DNA of 33,431 nucleotides, taken from the IMG/VR virus record IMGVR_UViG_3300038379_000086, positions 1-33,431 of that record; one strand, 5' to 3'. The DNA comes from a virus. Its lineage: Duplodnaviria; Caudoviricetes. Positions 1 through 8,035 of this stretch are shown here, one piece after another. Positions within the stretch are counted from its first letter, which is position 1. Each line of letters starts with the position of its first letter. Under the pieces are notes generated by a model, which was not told the DNA's origin, did no database searches, and saw only the letters and a program-made list of their open reading frames with translations. The position numbers and the translations under genes are program-made.

Positions 1-252
1 CGTGGCGTCGCCCGTGGCGGAGACCGTGGCGGCGGCCGTGGCGGCGAGCGTGGCGGCGTCCGTGGCGGCGCGCGTGGCAGCGCGCGTGGCGGCGTCCGTG
101 GCGTCGAACGTGGCGGCGACCGTGGCGGCGTACGTGGCGTCGACTGTGGCGGTGACCGTGGCGGCGTCCGTGGCGTCGACCGTGGCGGTGACCGTGGCGT
201 CGAACGTGGCGGCGCGCGTGGCGGCGACCGTGGCGGCGCGCGTGGCGGCGCC
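1..252 (-). repeat. Degenerate 12-bp tandem repeat (NNC NNC GCC ACG on the minus strand), about 21 units, coding X-X-A-T
   Basis: cgtggc/cgtggcg recurs every 12 nt from position 1 to about 250. Confidence 0.95.
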
Positions 253-516
253 CCCCTTTCTCACGTGCCAAATTGCAGCCGCAAATCCGCCCGCAAGTCG
301 TAGCACTATCGGCGATGGCACAAAAACAATCCGATGATCCGGGGGCGGCGTTAGATTGGCAGCCTCATAGAGGCCACGAACCGCTCGACGCATAATCTCG
401 CGCTCGTCATTGTCCATCGCCTTTGTGCTCATGGCGTTGGCGATCCACTTGTCACGCCACGCGGACAATTGCGCACGATGCTCGTCAGTCAGCGTGTATT
501 TTTTAGCCTTGGCCAT
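1..516 (-). CDS. Phage protein with xxAT tetrapeptide repeats (resembles DUF6745-type proteins); runs off the window
   Basis: Not in the ORF track. Read by hand from ATG at 516: [31 protein letters not shown]...[13 protein letters not shown]...[21 protein letters not shown]..., with no stop down to position 1. Starts 8 nt after the stop of the 525-860 gene. Confidence 0.85.
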   Translation of the reverse strand, partial: MAKAKKYTLTDEHRAQLSAWRDKWIANAMSTKAMDNDEREIMRRAVRGLYEAANLTPPPDHRIVFVPSPIVLRLAGGFAAAIWHVRKGGAATRAATVAATRAATFDATVTATVDATDAATVTATVDATYAATVAATFDATDAATRAATRAATDAATLAATAAATVSATGDAT

Positions 517-524
517 GGTGTCAC

Positions 525-860
525 CTAGTCCGCCACATTGCGAAGCGCTTGAGGGGAATACTCTGTCTGTCTCACCACGCGATATTTTCCGACCTCGTGC
601 GGGATTGTCTTGTGCTCCTCGTGCTTCAACTCGGCCAACTCCGTGCCGGTAATTTCGAGATACATGCGGCCAGCTTCCGTCGTCTTGAGCGATGCGCCTT
701 TGTCGGCGATGGTGTGGGCATGTCCGGTCAATTCGCCATGCGCGAGCACCACGCGCCCGCCCTCACGCGCAACCGGCGTTACGTCACTCGGTACAGCGTC
801 AACCTTGATGGTCAACACGTCGCCCTGCCTGTAGTGCTTTCCAATCTTCTTCACGGTCAT
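525..860 (-). CDS. Conserved phage hypothetical protein (RQGDV...HGE.TGHAH...HEEH type)
   Basis: 111 aa with His-rich motifs YRQGDV, LAHGELTGHAH, HEEH; RBS AAGGAG upstream. Confidence 0.8.
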   Translation of the reverse strand: MTVKKIGKHYRQGDVLTIKVDAVPSDVTPVAREGGRVVLAHGELTGHAHTIADKGASLKTTEAGRMYLEITGTELAELKHEEHKTIPHEVGKYRVVRQTEYSPQALRNVAD

Positions 861-876
861 CTCCTTGGGTTGATGG

Positions 877-1209
877 TTATTCTGCGGCCTTCACTTCATT
901 CCGTTTCGTCAACAGCAACGGCTCGGGCGGTTTCGCCGCTCGCCACAGCTTGGCAAGCTCGTTTGCTAGTTCCTCGGTGTACGTCAATCCGCCCTTGCCG
1001 AACAGCGGATCAGCCTTGGCCTTAGCGAAGACGGCATCGATCTTGTCCGCTGGCACCATGTGCCCGGCAAGCTTGAACATCTTGAACAGCTCGTTCGTCG
1101 TCTCTTCTTCGCGCGTCCACCGCCCCTCGCCAAGCGACGGATCAGCATCGATGATTGAGAGGCGGTTGAGGATCGTTGTGTAAGCGCTCGGCTTGGGAAA
1201 CAGCTTCAT
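877..1209 (-). CDS. Hypothetical protein
   Basis: 110 aa; ATGA overlap with upstream HTH gene; RBS GGAGGTG. Confidence 0.7.
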   Translation of the reverse strand: MKLFPKPSAYTTILNRLSIIDADPSLGEGRWTREEETTNELFKMFKLAGHMVPADKIDAVFAKAKADPLFGKGGLTYTEELANELAKLWRAAKPPEPLLLTKRNEVKAAE

Positions 1210-1526
1210 TTCGTCACCTCCTCAACCGCGACAATCGCCGCAATCAGCGCGTCTTCCGCTTGCATCCTGTCCTCTTGCTCTGACCGCGCCACACTGCCGG
1301 GGCCGCCGATAGGCTTGCCGCGATAGACCCTGTTCGTAGCGACCGTTTCCTGTCTCTCAAACTGTTGTATCGCGCGCGTCGCCAGCCGCGAGGGCTTGCG
1401 CTTAGCGCTACCCTTAGCCTCTTCCCACCGCCACACCGCAATCCGTGTCACGCCAAGCCGTTCCGCGAACTCTTCGCGGGACAACCCAAGCCGCAGCCGA
1501 AGCGCTTTGATCCGTTTTCCGTTCAC
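1206..1526 (-). CDS. XRE-family helix-turn-helix regulator (Cro/repressor-like)
   Basis: IKALRLRLGLSREEFAERLGVTRIAVWRWE is a typical HTH_3 pattern. Start placed at GTG 1526; the track ORF extends to 1541. Confidence 0.85.
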   Translation of the reverse strand: MNGKRIKALRLRLGLSREEFAERLGVTRIAVWRWEEAKGSAKRKPSRLATRAIQQFERQETVATNRVYRGKPIGGPGSVARSEQEDRMQAEDALIAAIVAVEEVTK

Positions 1527-1546
1527 GCAACATAGCTGCACCGTTT

Positions 1547-1622
1547 CGTTGCCACTGTCAACGCCGCATTAGGTCAGCACTGCTGACATAATTCTGTTGC
1601 CAGCCCGTTGACACTGGCAACG
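1547..1622. promoter_or_regulatory. Divergent promoter pair with three operator-like palindromes (GT-N3-CACTG-N3-AC)
   Basis: GTTGCCACTGTCAAC 1548-1562, GTCAGCACTGCTGAC 1573-1587, GTTGACACTGGCAAC 1607-1621. TTGACA on + at 1608-1613 (17 nt, then CACATT) and on - at 1561-1556. Confidence 0.75.
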
Positions 1623-1683
1623 AACGCGCGCACATTCCCACCACGGCAGGGCAATCAGGCCCGCCGCACTAACGGACGGACAA

Positions 1684-1866
1684 ATGACCGAACCGACGAA
1701 CCAACAGACGGACAAGCTGAAAACGGCCTTGGCCGACGCGAAGAAGGCCGCACGCGCCATCGTCAAGGCGATCGAGGCGAACGACGTGCAGCGGCTCGAC
1801 TACCACCGCAAGGACGCGATTGCGCAACTGGAATTTGCGCTAACATCGCTGCGGGCAGCGGGATAA
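1684..1866 (+). CDS. Hypothetical protein, first gene of the rightward operon
   Basis: 60 aa, helical composition, downstream of the TTGACA promoter and followed by a terminator. Confidence 0.7.
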   Translation: MTEPTNQQTDKLKTALADAKKAARAIVKAIEANDVQRLDYHRKDAIAQLEFALTSLRAAG

Positions 1867-1871
1867 CCAGT

Positions 1872-1903
1872 GCGGCGCGTGTGACAGCGCGCCGCTTTTT
1901 GTT
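1872..1903 (+). terminator. Rho-independent terminator
   Basis: GCGGCGCG-tgtgacag-CGCGCCGC followed by TTTTTGTT. Confidence 0.8.
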
Positions 1904-1915
1904 GGGATGAACGCG

Positions 1916-2053
1916 ATGTCAACGATTGTAGCCGGATACGCGATAGGCGTGCTGATCATGACGGCGTGGTTGCGCAGGGATGCCATCTACGAGAGCACGC
2001 ACTACTTCGCGGTCGCCGCGGCCCTTGCTGCCGTCACGTATCTAGCGCCATGA
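1916..2053 (+). CDS. Small putative membrane protein (45 aa)
   Basis: MSTIVAGYAIGVLIMTAWLRRDAIYESTHYFAVAAALAAVTYLAP; two hydrophobic stretches; TGA overlaps the next ATG (ATGA). Alternative start at 1907. Confidence 0.55.
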   Translation: MSTIVAGYAIGVLIMTAWLRRDAIYESTHYFAVAAALAAVTYLAP

Positions 2054-2253
2054 ACCTCAGGGAACACATGGCCAGCGCCGCCGCGAGTATTCTGGAAATG
2101 CGCATCTCCGACCGGATGCAGCGCATCAATACGGCGAAAGAGCTATACCGCACCACGCCGGAAATGACGGTGGAGTTTGCCGTCGCGCTGCTTGTGTCGG
2201 CGGGGATGAACGAGGATACGGCGCGGAAAACGATTGAGGAGATTGTGCGGTGA
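2050..2253 (+). CDS. Hypothetical protein
   Basis: MNLREHMASAAAS...; 4-nt overlaps with both neighbours. Confidence 0.65.
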   Translation: MNLREHMASAAASILEMRISDRMQRINTAKELYRTTPEMTVEFAVALLVSAGMNEDTARKTIEEIVR

Positions 2254-2441
2254 GGCTCGACGATTTCAAGCCCGGCGACCACGTGCGCTATGTGCCGTAC
2301 CACGCGCACGAGGATGTTGGGCACAAGGACTGCGAGGACGGCGTTGTTACGCGAGTGAACGAGCACTACGTGTTCGTCAAGTTCAGCTTGTTCTCGGAAC
2401 ACGGGCAGGCTTGTCATCCTGATCGACTGCGGAAAATATGA
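2250..2441 (+). CDS. Hypothetical protein, possibly a small SH3/KOW-like beta-barrel
   Basis: FKPGDHVRYVP...GVVTRVN...YVFVKF; coupled overlaps. Confidence 0.7.
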   Translation: MRLDDFKPGDHVRYVPYHAHEDVGHKDCEDGVVTRVNEHYVFVKFSLFSEHGQACHPDRLRKI

Positions 2442-2716
2442 CTGAGCCATTCGAGATTTACATCACAAAATGGTGCCTGTCCGCTGGCATCGAGAAGGCG
2501 ACCGCGTACCATCACCCGGTCAATGCGGAATGGGTGATCGTCGCGGACGGACGGTTTCGCAGCATGATCCTTAGCGGAGATCAGTGGCACGCGACGGAAG
2601 AGGCGGCAGTGAAATGGGCGGAGAAATTGCGCAAGCGGGTGATCGAGCAAGACCGTAAACGGCTTTCCGAGCTTGAAGCGCTGACATTTGGTGGGAAGAC
2701 GGAAGACGAGGAATGA
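2438..2716 (+). CDS. Hypothetical phage protein
   Basis: 92 aa; ATGA overlaps at both ends. Confidence 0.7.
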   Translation: MTEPFEIYITKWCLSAGIEKATAYHHPVNAEWVIVADGRFRSMILSGDQWHATEEAAVKWAEKLRKRVIEQDRKRLSELEALTFGGKTEDEE

Positions 2717-3426
2717 GCGAGCAACCAATGCCGAAGCAGATCGCGGAAGTGATCCTGTCGGTTATGAAAGAGGTCGGTTACGTGCAGAAGAAGGGCACGA
2801 ACACCTTTCACGGCTACAAATACGCGAGCATCGAGGATGTGCTCGAAAAGGTGCAGCCTGAGCTGGCCAAGGCCGGGCTCGTTATCACTCAGAATGAGCT
2901 AGATCACGCCATCGTCGCGGACAATCACTTGATGGAAGCGCGCTATGCGTTTCATCTATCGAGCCGCGACGGTGCGACGTGGGGTCCGCTGATCCACACC
3001 GGGCTTGCGAGCGTGCGCAATCAGAAGGGCGGATATGATGACAAGGCGCTGAACAAATGTCACACGACGGCGCGCAAATACTTCATTCTGGCGCTGTTCC
3101 AAATCCCGACCGGCCTCGCGGCTGATCCAGACGACGACGAGGATCGGCCGGCCGCGCTTGTTACATACCCTGAGGCGCGTGGGAATGCGCAAACGATGGT
3201 CGGGCGCAAGAACGAGGCCAAAGGAATTTCCGATGCGCGCGAGTGGGTGAACACGGCGATCGCGCGGCTCGGGAAGCTCACCACAACTGCGATGCTTGAC
3301 GCATTCGTCGACAAAAACAACGCAACGATGGAAAAAATCAGGGAGATTGTGCCGGAGGAATACGCGGCACTTGCGAAGCGCATCGACGAGGCGGCAGCGC
3401 GGCTGAACGTGTTGGCGGCGGGGTAA
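2713..3426 (+). CDS. erf: ERF-family single-strand annealing protein (recombinase)
   Basis: VQKKGTN.FHGYKYASIEDVL...L.KAGL, DKALNKCHTTARKYFILALFQIPTG...DPD matches the ERF pattern. Confidence 0.88.
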   Translation: MSEQPMPKQIAEVILSVMKEVGYVQKKGTNTFHGYKYASIEDVLEKVQPELAKAGLVITQNELDHAIVADNHLMEARYAFHLSSRDGATWGPLIHTGLASVRNQKGGYDDKALNKCHTTARKYFILALFQIPTGLAADPDDDEDRPAALVTYPEARGNAQTMVGRKNEAKGISDAREWVNTAIARLGKLTTTAMLDAFVDKNNATMEKIREIVPEEYAALAKRIDEAAARLNVLAAG

Positions 3427-3429
3427 TAT

Positions 3430-3879
3430 ATGCAAAGAGATTGGCACCGCAACAGATCGCCTCGGTTCAAAGTTGAGCGCGAGCGCGGGGATCTTGTGGA
3501 GTTTGAGCGCGGTGGCCGGTGGGGCGAGCGGTTCTATGTGTCGGCGATATGGCCGTATCAGTACGCGCCATACTACGAGGATGAGGAAATATGTGACGTA
3601 TGTGACGGAAAGCGGCAGGCGACAGCGCGACGCTCGCGGCTTGAGTTTTGCTTCCGTCATGTGTGGGATGAGCACCCATTCTATTACACACATTACCCGA
3701 ACTGGTGGCTCGTTAGCGTATGCTGGTCTTGCTTTAACAAGCTTCGCCATCACGTGACGCGACGAGTGGAATTGGAAGAGACAGACAGATTGATACGGAA
3801 GGCGCAACGGGAGATAGCAAGTGAGCGAAAAAACCGCAAAGATCAAAACAACGGGCGAGTTGCGTCAGTTTCTGGTTGA
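3430..3879 (+). CDS. Hypothetical Cys-motif protein, possibly degenerate HNH/zinc-binding
   Basis: CDVC and CWSC pairs; aromatic-rich; overlaps the next ORF by 59 nt. Confidence 0.5.
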   Translation: MQRDWHRNRSPRFKVERERGDLVEFERGGRWGERFYVSAIWPYQYAPYYEDEEICDVCDGKRQATARRSRLEFCFRHVWDEHPFYYTHYPNWWLVSVCWSCFNKLRHHVTRRVELEETDRLIRKAQREIASERKNRKDQNNGRVASVSG

Positions 3880-4054
3880 TATGATGGTCGGGGTGAAGAA
3901 CGGTCACCTTGACCTTGACCAGGCTGGCCGCATCACAAAGCTTGCGGCTCAGGTGAATGAAAACCTGTATGCCGAGGTTAAGATTGCGAAGATCAAAACT
4001 GACATGGGCGAGAAAATGCCAACGCTCGGTAATTTGCAGCTCGGGCCAACATGA
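3821..4054 (+). CDS. Hypothetical phage protein
   Basis: 77 aa; RBS GGGAG; ATGA overlap with the next gene. Confidence 0.7.
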   Translation: MSEKTAKIKTTGELRQFLVDMMVGVKNGHLDLDQAGRITKLAAQVNENLYAEVKIAKIKTDMGEKMPTLGNLQLGPT

Positions 4055-4584
4055 CCGACAAAGCAGCCATCGACGGCGATTACTGCGACTTCCGCCTTGT
4101 GCGTACGCGCAAGGTCTGTCAGGTCGTTGTGGAGTTTCCGATCGAGCGCGCTGGCGAGGTGACGCAAGCGCTCGGTTGGCCGAAGCCGGACGGCACGACG
4201 CGTTGCGCCGTTGCACTGATTAACGACGGCGTTATGGAAGGTGCCGCTACCCGTGAGGATGCGGTAACAGCGCAATGCGACGTAGCTGGCAGCTCAGCGC
4301 TTAAAGCCACCTCACCTTCCGCCAAATCCCCGCGCAAGTGGGCTGATCTGCCGCCCTCGTCGCGCGCGGCACTGCTGTGCAAAGAGCCAGAATTTTGGGG
4401 ATACCTCAGCGCGAACGGCTATATGAGCGGTAACGAGCACCAAGCATCAGCAACGCTCAAATCTGTCTGCGGCGTCTCAAGCCGTGCCGAGATTGTCAAG
4501 GGATCGCGCGCGGCTGCGGAGCTGTCGCGCATCATCGGGAACTACAACGCCTGGAAACAAGCGAAGGGATTGGGTGCGATATGA
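4051..4584 (+). CDS. Hypothetical phage protein
   Basis: 177 aa, C-terminal AALLCKEPEFWGYL...CGVSSRAEI; coupled overlaps. Confidence 0.75.
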   Translation: MTDKAAIDGDYCDFRLVRTRKVCQVVVEFPIERAGEVTQALGWPKPDGTTRCAVALINDGVMEGAATREDAVTAQCDVAGSSALKATSPSAKSPRKWADLPPSSRAALLCKEPEFWGYLSANGYMSGNEHQASATLKSVCGVSSRAEIVKGSRAAAELSRIIGNYNAWKQAKGLGAI

Positions 4585-4769
4585 CCATACACAAAGACGA
4601 TGTGCGCTTCGTGCTGTTTCTCATCGCGCTCGTTCTGACCTACGTCTGCGCATCCATCGCGTGGCATATCGGCGTGGATCACGGGCGGCAGATGCGGGAG
4701 AAATGGCGACCGGTGCCGACAATAGCGGAGATTGCGTCAGACGGGTTTAAGGGAGGGTTTGTGGAATGA
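4581..4769 (+). CDS. Small membrane protein
   Basis: One TM segment FVLFLIALVLTYVCASIAWHIGV. Confidence 0.65.
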   Translation: MTIHKDDVRFVLFLIALVLTYVCASIAWHIGVDHGRQMREKWRPVPTIAEIASDGFKGGFVE

Positions 4770-4837
4770 GCGAATTTGCGAAGCTGCGGGAAGGATGCAG
4801 TGCGAATAAAGAGCATTTGCGCGGAGGGATTTGAGCC

Positions 4838-5380
4838 ATGACCACCCCAGACACGAGCAAGGCGATGACGGCGGAGCGTGACAGGGAGATTTTAATCGCG
4901 GAGGGCCTGCCTGATTGGAGAGTTGTGCGGACAAATCTCGTCGAAGCATATTGCTGGCCCGACCTGAGTAAGATTGAGTTGCCGCAAGATGGTGACCTCG
5001 CGCTACTCCTGCACGAAATAGCGCACGCCAAAGCTGGGGCAGCGACCGCAGGTCATAGCGCGGATTGGGCCAACATATTCACGGACTTGGTGCGAAAGCA
5101 TTTCGACGCCCAAGCCGAAGAGATCGCCGCACTCAAAGCGGAGTTGGCGACGACGTGGGAGAGTGCTCTCGAAGAGGCGGCACGTGCAATTGAGAGTGAG
5201 GAGTCTGAACCGCAATGGGGTGAGGACAGAAACACAAGGGTTGCGAGAGAGTCCTACTCCGAATGCACCAAGATCGTCCGCGCCCTCAAGGACCAAACGC
5301 CAAGCGAAAGCGACGCCGATAGGCGCACTCGCATCATCCGTGAGCGCGCCGCCGAAATCGCAAGGGATTATGAACCATGA
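4838..5380 (+). CDS. Protein with HExxH zinc-metallopeptidase-like (SprT-like) motif plus coiled coil
   Basis: LLLHEIAHAKAG...GHSADW; RBS GGAGG. Confidence 0.6.
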   Translation: MTTPDTSKAMTAERDREILIAEGLPDWRVVRTNLVEAYCWPDLSKIELPQDGDLALLLHEIAHAKAGAATAGHSADWANIFTDLVRKHFDAQAEEIAALKAELATTWESALEEAARAIESEESEPQWGEDRNTRVARESYSECTKIVRALKDQTPSESDADRRTRIIRERAAEIARDYEP

Positions 5381-5709
5381 CCGACCAAACGAGAGACGCA
5401 ATCGAGCGAGTGCGGAAAGCACTACTGGAGCGCGACCTCACCACCTATGAGGATGCCTGGGTTCTGCTTGATGAGTTCGACCGCCTGGAACAGGCGGGGC
5501 GAGAATTGGACCTGGAGATGTCCGCACTCAAGGCAGAGTTGACGACGGCTCAGGAGGCGGGCTTAAGACACGCAATCGTCCCCGACTACGACTATCCCGG
5601 TGATGCGGAGGTGTTGGCTGGCTACACCTGTCACGAATGCGGCGGCTCAGGCGACCGGCGAGAGAGTGTCGAGCACAAGAACTGCGCCCTCAAAGGACAA
5701 ACGCCATGA
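5377..5709 (+). CDS. Hypothetical protein with coiled coil and C-terminal CxxC...HxxC motif
   Basis: CHEC...VEHKNC; ATGA overlaps. Confidence 0.65.
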   Translation: MTDQTRDAIERVRKALLERDLTTYEDAWVLLDEFDRLEQAGRELDLEMSALKAELTTAQEAGLRHAIVPDYDYPGDAEVLAGYTCHECGGSGDRRESVEHKNCALKGQTP

Positions 5710-5924
5710 CCGACCAGGCAGAACCAGTTCCGATGCTACTGCATTGCCCTACCGGAGGCGATCAGCGATGATGAGACGGACGCGGCGATGGATGCGTTTT
5801 GGGCCATGTCATCGGCGGCAACATATAACCGCGCGGCGTATCGCGACTCGTTTCGCCGCGCAATCGCCGCAAGCCGTCGCGCAGCAGCAGGAGTGCGCGA
5901 AAAGGGAATTTCCGCGCATGATCG

Positions 5925-6227
5925 CTAGCGTGCCCACCCGCAATGCGCCTGACCCCAGCCAATAAGCGCGGCGTGCCGATCGCGCAGCACGCGGTGCGCC
6001 TGGATGTCATTCAGCCAGGCGACGACGGCATCCTCTTGCGTCAGCTCACGGTCCGGTAGTTGCGGAAGAAATAATGGCTCCGCCAACAGTTGGCCTGGGG
6101 GCGGCGGGCAGTTGACCGTCACCACGTCGGGCATCGTTGAGCACGCCGACAAGCTCGCGGCCGAAAGCACAAGCTTTAGAGTTGTTGACCAAGACAGGAA
6201 CGCGGCTCTTGAGCAATGCGATTTCAT
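5925..6227 (-). CDS. o-spanin (Rz1-like lipoprotein)
   Basis: Lipobox LSAC, Pro-rich CPPPP segment; overlaps the i-spanin in another frame. Start at ATG 6227 is inferred. Confidence 0.8.
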   Translation of the reverse strand: MKSHCSRAAFLSWSTTLKLVLSAASLSACSTMPDVVTVNCPPPPGQLLAEPLFLPQLPDRELTQEDAVVAWLNDIQAHRVLRDRHAALIGWGQAHCGWAR

Positions 6228-6459
6228 CTTCGGTTCGCTCCCGATAGGTCTCAAGCTGCAGCGAGGCCAGCGTGCGCGCGTCGTCCGCCTCTTTGCGCGC
6301 ACGCTCCGATGCGGCACGCGCGTTGCGCTCTTTGACGAGATCAGCCTCTACGGTAGGCAGTCTGGCTGCCTGGACGCGCCAGTTATTGACCGTCCAGCCG
6401 AGCCACAGGAGTGCAAGGGCGGCAATGAGGTAGCCGCCAAGCTTAAGACTGCCGATCAT
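6046..6459 (-). CDS. i-spanin (Rz-like)
   Basis: N-terminal TM helix, Ala/Arg/Glu coiled coil, C-terminal Cys; position in the lysis cassette. Confidence 0.8.
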   Translation of the reverse strand: MIGSLKLGGYLIAALALLWLGWTVNNWRVQAARLPTVEADLVKERNARAASERARKEADDARTLASLQLETYRERTEDEIALLKSRVPVLVNNSKACAFGRELVGVLNDARRGDGQLPAAPRPTVGGAIISSATTGP

Positions 6460-6689
6460 CCCTTGCCAGTGTTCGTCGGCTGGTTGGCCGCGCCGACCGC
6501 CGTCAGTGCGATGAGAACGGCGTTGATCTCGTTGAGATACGGTATCTCAAACGATGCGCCGAACTGCGCCAACACTGCCGATACGGCGACGATCAGCGCG
6601 GAGATGACAGAGGCGACGGCCGCGAGCTTTGTCTTGATGCCGGGGAAAAAGTTCAGCCCGCTGACTATCGCCGACAGAATTGCATTCAT
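6456..6689 (-). CDS. Putative holin
   Basis: 77 aa, two hydrophobic helices, immediately upstream of the spanins. Confidence 0.6.
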   Translation of the reverse strand: MNAILSAIVSGLNFFPGIKTKLAAVASVISALIVAVSAVLAQFGASFEIPYLNEINAVLIALTAVGAANQPTNTGKG

Positions 6690-6746
6690 GGTTCAACCCT
6701 CTGTGAAAGCGGGGTTACCTACCGCCACCCCGTGAGGCGGAAACAT

Positions 6747-7322
6747 TTACAACGCGACGCGAAGCTCCAGGATGGCCGAGTGGTTGCGGCCGTCGGAAAG
6801 CTCCGTACCCAGAACATCAATGGTTGGGGCCTGCAGGAACCGGTAACCAAGCCCGGCCGTGACGCCTGGCGCGAGCGGTGCCATGACGCCTGCGCCGGCC
6901 TGCCAGGCGAACCCGGCAGAGGACAGGCTCAGAATGCTCACATCCTCGAACCGCGCTTCCGTGTGGCCGTAGCCCGCGCCGAGCAGCGCGTAAGGCTTCA
7001 CGCCGTTCAACCCAACGTCGGCCGCGTACATCACATTACCGAGTAAGGTGAAAGTGTCGTGATCGGCGGTCAACGCACCGCCGAACAAGTCAACCTCGTT
7101 CTGGCGAAATGACACGTCTGCTTCGACGTACAGACCCGGCACAGAGGGGATGGATGTGCCGAGAACGCCGCCGATCACGATCCCAGGATTGTCGGAAACC
7201 GTCGGATGTTCGATCACATCGTCGAAGTTCGCGCCGCCATAGACACCAACGTATGTGTCGCGCGCTTGCGCGGATGCGGCGAAGGAAACGACGGACAAAA
7301 GAACGATGCCTGAAAGACGCAT
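6747..7322 (-). CDS. Outer-membrane beta-barrel protein (8-stranded OmpA-TM/Ail/Lom-like)
   Basis: Signal peptide ending AQA; amphipathic strands YVGVYGG, YVEADVSFR, VKPYALLGAGY, FAWQAGAGV, GLGYRF. Confidence 0.85.
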   Translation of the reverse strand: MRLSGIVLLSVVSFAASAQARDTYVGVYGGANFDDVIEHPTVSDNPGIVIGGVLGTSIPSVPGLYVEADVSFRQNEVDLFGGALTADHDTFTLLGNVMYAADVGLNGVKPYALLGAGYGHTEARFEDVSILSLSSAGFAWQAGAGVMAPLAPGVTAGLGYRFLQAPTIDVLGTELSDGRNHSAILELRVAL

Positions 7323-7424
7323 TTCAAATCACTCCAATCTGATTGATTGAGCGCTGTTGCCTCAAGACGCGGGCAACGGCAAGCAACTAGCGCGTCGCGT
7401 AACCAATGCGACACATGATTTTGC

Positions 7425-7643
7425 CTAACGACAGAACACTTCCGGGAGGTTTTTCAGTAGTTTCTTGATGTTGTCAATCTCGCATCCAAGACGATCGACT
7501 TGCCGCTCAAGCACCGCAACGCGCAGCGGCTGACCGCGCACCTCGCTCTCGACCTCGCCGATGCGATAGAGCGCGACCGACGCGGACGCAATGGCGGCGG
7601 CGATGGCGATGATGATAGCCCAATAGTCCTTGAGCATTTTCAC
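7425..7643 (-). CDS. Small membrane protein with coiled coil (holin/antiholin-like candidate)
   Basis: One N-terminal TM segment; lies in the lysis region. Confidence 0.6.
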   Translation of the reverse strand: MKMLKDYWAIIIAIAAAIASASVALYRIGEVESEVRGQPLRVAVLERQVDRLGCEIDNIKKLLKNLPEVFCR

Positions 7644-7957
7644 TTCTGCTTCCCCTCGTCCTTGGCTGGCGACCGCTTGACCGCCTGTTGCAGCTTCACG
7701 AGTTCCTTCAGCTCGATCACATCGTCTTTGATCGTGTCGAGCTTCGCCCCAAGGTTGTCGATACGCTGTGCATCAGTCAACGGTTCCGCGCGTTGCGTAT
7801 CGGGACGGATGTCAACGCTCTCAACCACACTTTCGCTTGCAGGTTGTTTTTCGCTTGGCTGCGGCTCCGGCTTTGGGCTGGGCAAGATGATTAATGCACC
7901 GAGAAAGACGGCAATGGCAAGCATGACGGTGCTCGTCGCCTCAATCGTGTTCATCAT
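7640..7957 (-). CDS. Membrane-anchored hypothetical protein
   Basis: MMNTIEATSTVMLAIAVFLGALIILP then Pro/Glu linker and coiled coil. Start uncertain (the track ORF begins at 8023). Confidence 0.6.
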   Translation of the reverse strand: MMNTIEATSTVMLAIAVFLGALIILPSPKPEPQPSEKQPASESVVESVDIRPDTQRAEPLTDAQRIDNLGAKLDTIKDDVIELKELVKLQQAVKRSPAKDEGKQK

Positions 7958-8035
7958 GGGACAACCACCCTCTTGCACTGATCGCCATGCCAACGGGCAT
8001 ACATACATTGAGGCCGCCTTCAACGATCGGCAACG

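Noticed and set aside
1-252. Possible CRISPR array
   Set aside because: The period is 12 bp with no unique spacers, and the repeat is in frame within a CDS
2-337. Plus-strand 111-aa Val/Ala repeat ORF
   Set aside because: It is the antisense shadow of the minus-strand repeat gene starting at 516, which fits the operon and has a non-repetitive N-terminal domain
5768-5965. Plus-strand ORF at the convergence of early and late transcription
   Set aside because: Arg-rich with no motif and overlapping the o-spanin end; too little evidence to call
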